A stretch of DNA of 64,000 nt from Ministeria vibrans ATCC 50519. Lineage: Eukaryota > Protista > Filasterea. A program made the translations under genes and the position numbers. The notes below the pieces were generated by a model. The model was not told where the DNA came from. It did not search any database and was given only the letters and a program-made list of their open reading frames with translations. Shown here piece by piece: positions 13,322-23,161 of the stretch. Location of the stretch: contig CALSCP010002399.1 of the NCBI GenBank assembly GCA_943704425.1, positions 23,014-87,013 of the forward strand, written 5' to 3'. Positions within the stretch are counted from its first letter, which is position 1, and the number at the start of each line of letters is the position of its first letter.

Positions 13322-16300
13322 TCAGATTTCGTACGACTGCTGTGAGTGCTTTGAGTGCTGACACGGGAGAAACTCGCCGCTTAAGCAAACCTCTGCTGGA
13401 CCTTGATCATGCGAGTGCGTGAGGGAGTGGCGCCAAGTAGTGAACGGGCCCAACAGCGCAAAATTTGAGCCAGACAGGGCTTGCGGCTGCGGAGAATTCG
13501 AGCAGTCGACGGCGAGCTGGGTTGCGACAGGAGCATGCGAGAAGGCGTGCCACTGGCCTGTCTGTGGGTGCTGGAAGCGCGAAGCGAGGCCAGTGTGCTG
13601 GAGCATCAGGCGTGCGCCAGAGACACATGTGCCACTGCTGCTGTTGACAAAGCGGGCGCGGGCGTGGGTGACGCGCACATCGCAGCGATCACTGAGAAAC
13701 TCTTGCAGCTGCGGCGATAGCGGATCAAGCACTGTCATCGTAGACGTGGCATTTGCTGCGATCATGAAACAGAGTCCCGGGTCGACGAACCGCTGTGGGT
13801 ATCGGCCCTGTGCGTTCAAGCTTTTTGTGTTCGCCAAAATAATGCCACGATGGGCATTGGCGAGGTGAGCGACCGAGGTGAGCACGACGCGTGGGAGTTC
13901 CATTGGTGACACTAGCGACTGGTAACTGAGCGCACGTGCCTCTTTGTAGATGGCCCACGCGAGCTCGCGTTTCCAAAATGCCGTCACATGAGCAAGGAAC
14001 GCCTGACGATTTTGCAGAGGCACATTCATCGCGCTCTGCTTGCGATCCCACACCTCCAATTCCTGGTCCTCCAACACCAACTTCCGGTTCACATGCTCCT
14101 GACGTGTCTCCGCGAGCGAACGCTGCACATGCCGCGCCTGCTGCAATGCCCCATACAGAGCAGCCAGGCGCTTCTGCTGCGCCTCCACCGCCTTCACCGC
14201 CACCTTCAGGGGACCCTGCGCAATACCACTCGACACCGATTGTCGTCCTCCAATGCCCCACTTCTGCAGTTGATTGTCCATTGCAGATATTACCTTCTGC
14301 GTCTGCTTCGACGTCATAACCTTCTTCGGCAGCATCATCAGTCGCTCGAAATCTATCGACACATCGCCGCTCTTCAGCGCCGCGACTATCACATCATGAG
14401 TATTTTCCGATGCAAGTCCCTCGATCCGCTCAATTGTTTGCGCCACATCCTGGCGCGTTGCCACCACCGCATCTGCAAAGCTGTGTGCTGTGGCTAAGAT
14501 CCCCGCATCGGCGCTTTTCAGCAGCCGAATCGGCTCAGCAAAGTTTGCAGGCAGTGATGCAATTCTGAGTCCAATACGTGCAAGGTCCATGCCACCCTTG
14601 AGTACCACATTCGCAATAAACCGGAGGCCGATGCGTCTCCTTTTCGATGAGGCTCGTGCTGCCTCATTGCGCACGTCATCTTCCGCCCGCTGTGCCGCTG
14701 TCACGAGCTCAACCAACGCCTGCTTCCCGCGCTGCCATTCCAAAAGCAATCCGTCAATGCGTTGTTCAGCGCTCTTCATTGCAACGTCCAAATGCCCGAT
14801 CTCGCTGTTCAGATTGGTACGCGCTCGATCAATGGCCACCTCAGCCACCTTGGCTGTTGTGAGTCGTGTGGCCAAATCCGCCGTCTCGTCCCTCACAACC
14901 TGCAGTGCCTTCTCAAGTTCTGCGGCAAACTGGAGCTGCGGCTCAATTGCGTCGTGCAGCTGCTGCAACGACAGACGCTCGACGTACGTGAACGCGTCAC
15001 CAAACACATCGCAATCAAGACTGAGTCGCGCAAGGTAAAGCATTGTCGCATTGCGCACGTGCTTTGCCCACTCGGGCCGCGATCGTCCACCGCCGAGGTC
15101 GAGCACATGTAGCAGGTTCGTCAGCACGTGCGCCGCATTATCCAATCGATGTGCCAGAAACTCGCCGACTCCCACATTCAGCATGGCTCGCGCGTACTCA
15201 GGCCCGAGCGCCAATACAAGTTCACCCACGGGCGCGGTTGAATATGTTCCACTCTTACATACATGTGTGGCGCAGTTCTTGTTGCTACCACTAGCGCCTT
15301 GCGGTCCGTTTTTACCCTCAGGCTCTGTCCAACGCTGTACAGTGCACCGACGACGTCCTGTCCAGCGGCGGCGCCTCGGGCATTCCGATTCACGTGGGCG
15401 TCCAGTTCCTCCAGTTCCACCATGCCCACCTGAACCTTCATTGCCGCGGTTGCCAGGGCTTCCACAATCCATTGTCACCTTCAGAGCGTTTTCAGATTTG
15501 GCATGATCGCAGCGCAGTGACACCTTTCCACCTCTGCCACCACGTCCACCACAGCCGCCACTGCCACCGGTACCGCCCGCCAAACCGGGTTCCCCGGTCT
15601 CATTGGCTCCATCACGCCCAGTGCCGCCACGGCCGCCTTTCTGCCCATCGCTTCCATAGCCGCCACGAGCAAATACCTCCAGCGAGCTGGCACCCTCAAC
15701 ATCAAACTGCTCCGCTCGCAAGCTCACACTACCAGAATCTAGTCCCGCGTCGCCATCCTTGCCTGCACTCCCCGTCAGACCAATCTCTGTCGCGTCCGTC
15801 GCTGGTCCACTCCACGACACAACTGCCGTCTTTCCGTCCACGTTGATGGTCACGTTCGTTCCAGCGCGCAGAACCCGACAGGAGATATCGACGGATTGTC
15901 CTGGCAAATGCAGCAAAGTGTTCTCTTGTATCGTCACCGTGTCCGCGACAACGTGCAAGCCCTTCGCCGGGTTCACCATAGCCGGGGAGAGGTTTACGTC
16001 AATTCCAATTATGCGCGTTGTTGTCTCGTTGCTACTCAGCACAAACTCTGGGGTAGTGTCAGTCGGGGACATTTCGTCTGAGCTCTTCACGTCCTCCTTC
16101 AGGTCGTCCTCCATGCGTCGAAAGAAAGCCGCTCTCATTGCCACGAGCGCACGGTGGCAAGCCTCCTGGACCTGTGCCACGGCATCCACATACATCTGAT
16201 TGGTGGTGGGCACCTGCGTTGCCTCCATTAGACTGACTGCATCACGGCACTTCTCACCATGTGCCAGAATGAGGCTACCAAGGGCGTCTGGGAGAGTATA

Positions 16301-17428
16301 TGTGTCCTGCCACACCTGCATACCACTCGTAGCCTTGTCTTTGGCAGCGACGATTGCTGCTGCGTACACCGGTTGCCAGTCGAACATGCGTCCACCGTTG
16401 ACGCCGGTCACTACTGACCGCACCAAAGTCGCCCACTCATCCGGTGTAATCGCACGTCCGGATCCGCCGTTCAACTTGATATTCTTTATACGTCGGAAAA
16501 GACCCGACGTGAAGCGAGCAACGGCATGCGGATAGCCGCCAGGGATCTTGTTCAAGTCGTCAAGGGACACAGGCATGCTGCCGTTGACAAGCTTGCGGAA
16601 ATACCCACGGTGAGCAGGAGCAACAGTGGGCAAAACACGCAGCGTTGTGTGGGGAAACATCATGCGAAATGATGGTGACGGCTCGTTGCCAGGATACGCA
16701 AAGAATGTTTCGAGGTACTCGTTGCACTCAAACTCTGTCGTGTTGCATGCACCACCAGTCAGCAATTCCTCGCCATCGCGAAGGAGAAACTCGATGTGTG
16801 GCTCGTGACCAAGGAAACGCCTTGCGTCCTCTTCCGCATGGGTCTGCTGCAATGCGTGCTGCACCGCGCGCTCAAGATGCTCCATCTCGATTTGCGACAT
16901 TACTCCCCCTCGCACAATGAAAACTGTGTGCGAGGAGAGCGCAAGCACCGCCGCAGACATGCGATTGAGAAACTTTTCTGGACCTTGGCCGAATCCCTGA
17001 GTGTCGTAGGAGACAACAACTCCAGGTTCGCCATCAATACATGTACGATTCAAAACCATGGCAGCCACGCCCAAGGTGTGCGTAACGCCGCCGCCGGCTG
17101 TTTTCACCGGCGGCACAATAGCTGTGCCATTCGGTTCCAGGTTCAACAGGAGCCCCATAAGAATGGTGCTTTTTCCTGCCTTCGTGTGCGCCAATTGGGC
17201 GTTGGCGGAGATTGGTCCCGGCGAGGCTCCGTCGATGTGCATCGAGTCGGCAAACGAACTAATTGTGGTCTCATTGAGAACGAGCATGTTCTCCGAATCA
17301 CTCGACATAAGAGTCGTCATCGGGTGCAGAACAAGCTTACACTCAGAAGCAGTTAACCCCTTGGCACCAACGATGCCGTAAACCAGCGATGCAATGAGCA
17401 TCAGCAGCACTCTGCATGAAAAATTCAT
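13322..17428 (-). CDS. Secreted GBP-like GTPase fused to a Gly-rich linker and a putative pore-forming toxin module (1368 aa, intronless)
   Basis: Signal peptide, then GBP motifs AHTKAGKS, THTLGV, YDTQGFG, LALSSHTVF and FLLRD. GxxG repeats follow, then a coiled coil with an apolar hairpin, and a C-terminal beta domain (DVRVTH...LLGPFTTWR). Confidence 0.85.
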   Translation of the reverse strand: MNFSCRVLLMLIASLVYGIVGAKGLTASECKLVLHPMTTLMSSDSENMLVLNETTISSFADSMHIDGASPGPISANAQLAHTKAGKSTILMGLLLNLEPNGTAIVPPVKTAGGGVTHTLGVAAMVLNRTCIDGEPGVVVSYDTQGFGQGPEKFLNRMSAAVLALSSHTVFIVRGGVMSQIEMEHLERAVQHALQQTHAEEDARRFLGHEPHIEFLLRDGEELLTGGACNTTEFECNEYLETFFAYPGNEPSPSFRMMFPHTTLRVLPTVAPAHRGYFRKLVNGSMPVSLDDLNKIPGGYPHAVARFTSGLFRRIKNIKLNGGSGRAITPDEWATLVRSVVTGVNGGRMFDWQPVYAAAIVAAKDKATSGMQVWQDTYTLPDALGSLILAHGEKCRDAVSLMEATQVPTTNQMYVDAVAQVQEACHRALVAMRAAFFRRMEDDLKEDVKSSDEMSPTDTTPEFVLSSNETTTRIIGIDVNLSPAMVNPAKGLHVVADTVTIQENTLLHLPGQSVDISCRVLRAGTNVTINVDGKTAVVSWSGPATDATEIGLTGSAGKDGDAGLDSGSVSLRAEQFDVEGASSLEVFARGGYGSDGQKGGRGGTGRDGANETGEPGLAGGTGGSGGCGGRGGRGGKVSLRCDHAKSENALKVTMDCGSPGNRGNEGSGGHGGTGGTGRPRESECPRRRRWTGRRRCTVQRWTEPEGKNGPQGASGSNKNCATHVCKSGTYSTAPVGELVLALGPEYARAMLNVGVGEFLAHRLDNAAHVLTNLLHVLDLGGGRSRPEWAKHVRNATMLYLARLSLDCDVFGDAFTYVERLSLQQLHDAIEPQLQFAAELEKALQVVRDETADLATRLTTAKVAEVAIDRARTNLNSEIGHLDVAMKSAEQRIDGLLLEWQRGKQALVELVTAAQRAEDDVRNEAARASSKRRRIGLRFIANVVLKGGMDLARIGLRIASLPANFAEPIRLLKSADAGILATAHSFADAVVATRQDVAQTIERIEGLASENTHDVIVAALKSGDVSIDFERLMMLPKKVMTSKQTQKVISAMDNQLQKWGIGGRQSVSSGIAQGPLKVAVKAVEAQQKRLAALYGALQQARHVQRSLAETRQEHVNRKLVLEDQELEVWDRKQSAMNVPLQNRQAFLAHVTAFWKRELAWAIYKEARALSYQSLVSPMELPRVVLTSVAHLANAHRGIILANTKSLNAQGRYPQRFVDPGLCFMIAANATSTMTVLDPLSPQLQEFLSDRCDVRVTHARARFVNSSSGTCVSGARLMLQHTGLASRFQHPQTGQWHAFSHAPVATQLAVDCSNSPQPQALSGSNFALLGPFTTWRHSLTHSHDQGPAEVCLSGEFLPCQHSKHSQQSYEI

Positions 17429-18380
17429 AAAAGCGACGAAGAAATTAATTTAGCCAAAAAGCGCGCACTCGATCTTGCCAGACAGAGCAGTATGTTAGTC
17501 GTTACCTGTTGCGATGCGGCGTGACCAGGTTTATCATGGTGAGTTGGAGCCACCGGAGTGAGTGAAGTGATGAAGTGTATGAATTTGAATGAATGATTTT
17601 CGAGTCGGGAGTCGTGACATGAAATTAAAGTTCACTTTTGAAGGACGTAAAAAATCTTCAAAAAATCCTGTCGGAATAAATCACCGAATTTCTCGTGTGG
17701 TTCTCGCCTCCAGCTCCCAGCACAACGTGGAAATTTTTATGTTTGCCTTTGTGTGCAGGTTCAGGTAGACTGAGGCAGCGGGAGGGAAGTTCGTGCACTG
17801 CAAGGGCGTGTTTTGGAAGCGGGTGGTTGAACGTGGAAGTTTGGAAACGGGTGATTGAACGAGGGTTGAACTCATATACTGAAGCGCTTGAGTGTTAGGA
17901 AATAGGAGCTGAGTTGTGCACGCCACGAGCGACGAGGCTGGCGGTGAAACGGGAAACCCCACGGTAAGAGACTAAGAGTTGAAATGTTACAGTTGCAGTA
18001 GTCAAACAGTCGAGGAATTTTTTCTGTCGAAACTCACTCGAAAGTGTCCAGTCAACTATTTTCTTTCTCCTCTCCAACCGCCCAACTCCTCTTCTATCCT
18101 CTCTAAACCAGTAAGTCTTCTACGTAGCTATAGAGCATCTCTTCCAAGTGTCTTTGTTCCACTTTGACCCTCCTCCGAACTTTCTCCGCAACTACAACAG
18201 GGGGGCAATGTGAAGCTTTAAACTCTATGAGAAAAGAGCCTAAATTGGCTGACGATTGGAATTTTATGCTGGTATTCCAGGCGGCATCGGATAACTACAG
18301 AAGCACAGCTACTCACCGTAAACACCGGATATTGAGGATAAATACAAGCTTCTTCGTTCTTTCACTTTCACTTTCACACT

Positions 18381-19134
18381 TTATACAAATGTCTGCTTGA
18401 GTTGAGCCATGAAACTGTCGTTGGGCTGTGCCAGGGGGCGTTTGGCTTGGATGTGTGCAAGGGCGGCATCGACGGTGGGGCTGTGGCCGGAGTGGACGAG
18501 GAAGGCGACGAGGACGGTCGTGCTGCGCGACCGCCCCTGCGCGCAGTGCACAAGCACACGGGCTGGCGGCGACTGTGCGCGCAGTCGCGCAAGGTGCTCG
18601 ACGCCTTCGTGGACAAAGGCGTCGATCCTTTGCTCGTGGCTGTCGTCTGCGTCCACCACAATGTGCTGATTGTCCGCAATGATCTTCTGCTCAATTACTT
18701 TCGCCATTCCCGAACCAAACTTGGGCAGGAACTTCTCGAGAGTGCGCGCCACCGTCACCACTGCGGATATGTTGTTGTCGTGCAGAAAGCGGCCGTTGAT
18801 GGCAGCTGCAGGATGCGGCAAAGAGACATGGGACACACTTGGTCAACACTGCAACACAACTGAACTTGTCACCTTTGAAGCCACCCAGAAAAAGGCCCGG
18901 TATGATCTCCTATGTTGTGTGCAGGTGGTCAGGGAGTCTCTCTTCTACCATCCCCTGCGTAACCTGTGCCACGCCGTCGTCTTGGGAGGTGAGGGCAGCG
19001 AGTGCATCGGCGTCGCTCACCGCCGAATGGTGCAGCCACGGACGCATGCAGTGTGCGCACGAATGGCGCTTGAACGCATTGGGAGAGAATCCAGGACACC
19101 CCTCGGGGTTGCTGCTGGCCAGCGTATACTGCAT
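18381..19134 (-). CDS. Dual-specificity phosphatase with an N-terminal Cys/His module
   Basis: Spliced EIIPGLFLGGFKAA, catalytic VLVHCAQGRSRS and KRPLAQPNDSFMAQL. N-terminal CPGFSPNAFKRHSCAHCMRPWLHH. Confidence 0.9.
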
Positions 19135-19172
19135 GTACAAGTAAATCTGAAGTGAAACTAAAACTTATGTAT

Positions 19173-20979
19173 TCAATCTTTGGCCACATTTTGCACAAGA
19201 TCGACTGCACGGGCCTGGCGAAGTGGAAAACAACTGGTGCGGGGAACACGAGAGGGACTCAAGGAGGGTGCTGCGGTGCAGGGACTGCTGTAGCTCAACG
19301 TGGCCCGTCGCACATCGCACCTTGTCCACCTGCGCCTCGAGCGCCCGCACCCGCGCCACCCACGACGCAGTGCTGCGCTGCAGACGCCGCTTGAGCCCCA
19401 TATAGCGCTCTTTCCAGTCCAGCGAGGACGCTGATGCTGACAATACCGCCCCTTCTTCTTCGTTGTTGTGCTGCGCCTCCTGGCTCTCCTTGTGCTGTCG
19501 CTCGAGCACCACACAGCGCTCTCTCAACTGCTCACACTCGCGAATGGCTCTCGACGAGACCTCCTGCTCCTCTTCAATGCGTCTGCGCAGCACACCCACA
19601 GTCCCCTCACAGACCTTCACCCGCTCCGCACACTCTCTCGTCAGTCGCTCGTTGCTCTCTCTCTGCTTCCGCTCACTCTCAACACGCTCCAGCGCACTGC
19701 TCCTCAACTCCCGTACCACTCGATCACGCGCCGTCTCCGCTGCCTCTCGCGCACGTCCCTCCTCCACCAGCTGCGCCTGAGACTCTCTCAGCTTCACATG
19801 AAACTCCGCAATCTGCGACACACTACTGCTCTCCTCGGCACTCACTCGATCCGTCAGTGCCGCCAGACGCACCGCCATCCGCCGCGCATCCTCGCGCAAC
19901 ACATTGCGCTCGCTCTGGTACCGCTTGAGCCGCGTCTGGGCCGTCTCCGTGTGCACTCGCAGTGCCTCGCGCAGCTCGTCCACAGTGCGCGCCTGACTCT
20001 CCCCATTCGCCTCTGCCTGCTTCACCTGCTCCTCGTATGCCGCGCGCGCCGCTTCCCACTCGGCTCGCTCTCTCTGTCGCTCGGTGTCGTATTCCAGTCG
20101 TAGTGTTGTAATCTGTTCCTTGTACTGTCGCACCTCAGAGCGATGTTCCGTTCGCGCAATGCTCTGTGTGTGCAGCTCACTCGCCAATTGCTCATCAGCC
20201 TCGCGCACACGCACACGCAGACGCTCAATCTCTCCTGTAAGCGTGCGCACCGTCGCTGCCTTGGCCTCGGCCGTGTCCGTTGCCTCCTCCGCACACTCTT
20301 CTGCCGAGCGCACTCTCCCTTCCAGTTCCTGAATGCGTCGAAGCAGTCGCTCGCGCTGCGACAGGGCTTGCGTGCATTCTGCCTCCAGCCGCTCGGTCGC
20401 CTGTGTTGTCGCCGCACGCTGACTCTTGAGGGCTTCCTCCAGCTCGCGCACGCGCTGGTCGTAGGCACTCTCCATCTCAGCAATCACCGCAACCAACTGC
20501 TCGTTCTCGCGACTCAGATCGTCCACGTCGGAGCGCAGTCGCGACACATGAGCCTACACAGAACAACACAAACACAGGCGCAGTCGTCGTCAGCAGCAAA
20601 GAGCGCACAGAGTGCGTCAGAAGCGAGACACCTTTGAGCCGGCGCTGGTCGCCTCGCTCGCTGCGTCCAGCTGCGCTTCAGCCAGGCGCATAGGCTTCTC
20701 CACGAGCAGCGACAGTCTCTCCGTGAATCGCGCCGAGTCGGCCGTGGCAAGGGCGCGCGATGCCGGCGACAGGATGGACGGCGCAGCCAGGCCCGGCGTG
20801 CGCAGCCCCCCTGGTGTGTGTGCTCCGTTGCCAGCCAGGCCCGGCGTGCGCAGTCTCCCTGGTGTGTGTGCTCCGTTGTCAAGGGTCGAAAAAAACGTTT
20901 TCCCCGACACATTCTCCGGCGTTCGCGCCTCCATATGTACAGCCTCATCAAGGCGTTTTGGTGAGAGCCGAACACTCAT
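19173..20979 (-). CDS. Long coiled-coil protein, function unknown
   Basis: Exons ~20979-20632, ~20554-19321 and 19214-19173. E/R/A-rich heptads; N-terminal TP motifs. Confidence 0.75.
20782..20878. repeat. 48-bp in-frame tandem duplication (NGAHTPGxLRTPGLA x2)
   Basis: gccaggcccggcgtgcgcag..ccctggtgtgtgtgctccgttg occurs twice in tandem. Confidence 0.85.
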
Positions 20980-21124
20980 TCAATAATCAATCGTTTCAGT
21001 AAGAAAAAATGATACTTTGCGAATTTTCAATCATGAACAAAAGTTCATTAACAATTTTGCCAACAATCAAACTAAATAATTAATAATATTATTATAAATT
21101 TTTTTGCTGCCGCTGTAGGATTCC

Positions 21125-22458
21125 ATGGCAAACTTAGCGCTATCAATTGAAAAGGCCACGACGCCGGGCGAGCCGGACTGGGCCATCATTCTGGACTTGT
21201 GTGACGGCATCAACGAAAACCTCGTCAGGTACGCTCCCCTGCGCCCCCTGCGGCCCGAATAGCCTTGCCATAGCACTATCCTGTTGTTGTGTGTGGCTGT
21301 TGGCGTCTGTCACAATCGTGACGAACATTTGTTGCGTTTTTTTTTGCCTTTTCTTTTCGTTTTTCCATTTCGTGAGTTCAATAAAAATTTCCCGTTGAAT
21401 GGAGACTGTTCCCGTTGCTGTGGGGGAGCAGCCAGGAGATCACACCACTCACACGCGCGCTCTGATGCAGTCCGCGCGACGTCTTGCAGCAGCTAGAGGC
21501 GAAAATCAAAGGGAGCAGCACAGGAGTGGCGCTGCAGGCACTGGCGGTGCTGGAGGCCTGTGCGAACAACTGCACGCCGCCCTTCCACCGCGCCCTTGCC
21601 GAGCAGCGCTTTCTCGACTCCCTTGCTGTCACTCTCGAACCGCGCGTATGAGGAAGAAAAAAAAACAATCACAAACACAACAAGACGCACTAAACTCACT
21701 CATTCATTCTTAGTCGTGTGCCGACCCAAAAGTGTGCGAGAAGCTCAAGGATCTGTTGCAATCGTGGGCAATGGAGTTTGGCCAAAAGGGCGGACAGCTG
21801 GGCTACCTCCAGACGATGTATCTCTCGCTCAAGGGCAGCGGTCACGAATTCCCGCCCATGCGACAGCAGCAGCAGAAGCAGCAGCGAAGTCAGCCACGGC
21901 AGGAACAGGAACAGCAACAGCGCACGGCCGCCCCGGCGGAGCTGCTTGCCGCTGCGGGCGACGATGCCGAAATGCGACTTGCCATCCAGCTGTCGTTACA
22001 AGAAGAGGAGCAAAAGCGCATCAAGCAGCAACAGCACGAGCCCCGGCAGAAGCTCTACCCTTCGCCGAGGAGCATCCGTTCGACGCCCAACACCACTCCC
22101 TCGCGACACGCACACCACCCGTCCCCTGCACGCCCATCGACCACCAACACGCCCTCGCGCACGCCCTCATCGCCCCCGAAGCAGCGCACGATGCGTGCTC
22201 TGTACGATTTTGAGCCAAAGGAGGAGAACGAGCTGGGCTTTCGCACAGGGGACGTTATCAAAGTGCTGGACGACTCGCACCCCGAGTGGTGGAAGGGCAC
22301 CGTGAACGATCACGAGGGCTTTTTCCCTGTCAATTTTACCGAGGAGGTGCGTCGACGTCGCAAGACGGAGAGAGAGAAGGAGCCCACGGAGGAGGAGAGC
22401 GAAGGGAATGGAAAGCCAGGGGAGACCGAATCGACCACTACTCTGACGACTGGCGTGG

Positions 22459-22492
<34 letters not shown>

Positions 22493-23057
22493 CGCTGCGG
22501 CTGTGCAAGAGGTCACCGTGGACGAAGTCCTTTCGCGCTTTCTGTCTGCAGACCCGAGCAAGGAGGATCCCAATGGATTTGCCGAGCTGGAGGCACTCGC
22601 AGCGGGAGCAGCTGCACACCGGCCGGCTGTGGAGCAGAAGATGCAGGAGATTGATGGAGTGCTAGCTCAGTTGGGGTCGTTTTCGCAGCACTACACGGCA
22701 GCTATCAACGCGTACGAGTCGTTTATGCGCACGAGTGCACCGCCAAACGCACCCAGCAGCACCACAGCTCCCGTCGCAGCGTACCCTCCGTCACAGGCGT
22801 ACCCTTCTCCTGGCACTGACGCACATCACCCACAGCAACACACACAGTCACTCCCCCCAGCGCACCAACAACAGTGGGCCCCCCCTACTTCCACCCCTCC
22901 TTTCTCTCATGCTTCTCCTCCTTCTGGTGCTGCCCCCCCTCCCGCATATTACGGGGCCATTCCCACCGCATTCTACCAACCACAGCAGCAGCAGCAACCA
23001 CAGCAGCAGCCACAGCAACAGCCACAACAACCACAGACAGGTGTATACCAGCGCTAA
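21125..23057 (+). CDS. STAM: ESCRT-0 subunit STAM/Hse1 (VHS-UIM-SH3-GAT)
   Basis: VHS IEKAT..PDWAIILDLCD...ALAVLEACANNC; UIM DDAEMRLAIQLSLQE; SH3 RALYDFEPKEENELGF...WWKG...GFFPVNF; P/Q-rich tail. Confidence 0.93.
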
Positions 23058-23161
23058 TCGAAACACGCAAAAAGTACCAATGCAGAGGAAGACGCATCTT
23101 TATAATTTTATAATTATTATTAATTATGACTGTGAGTGTGAGGATTCAGTCACTATCACAA

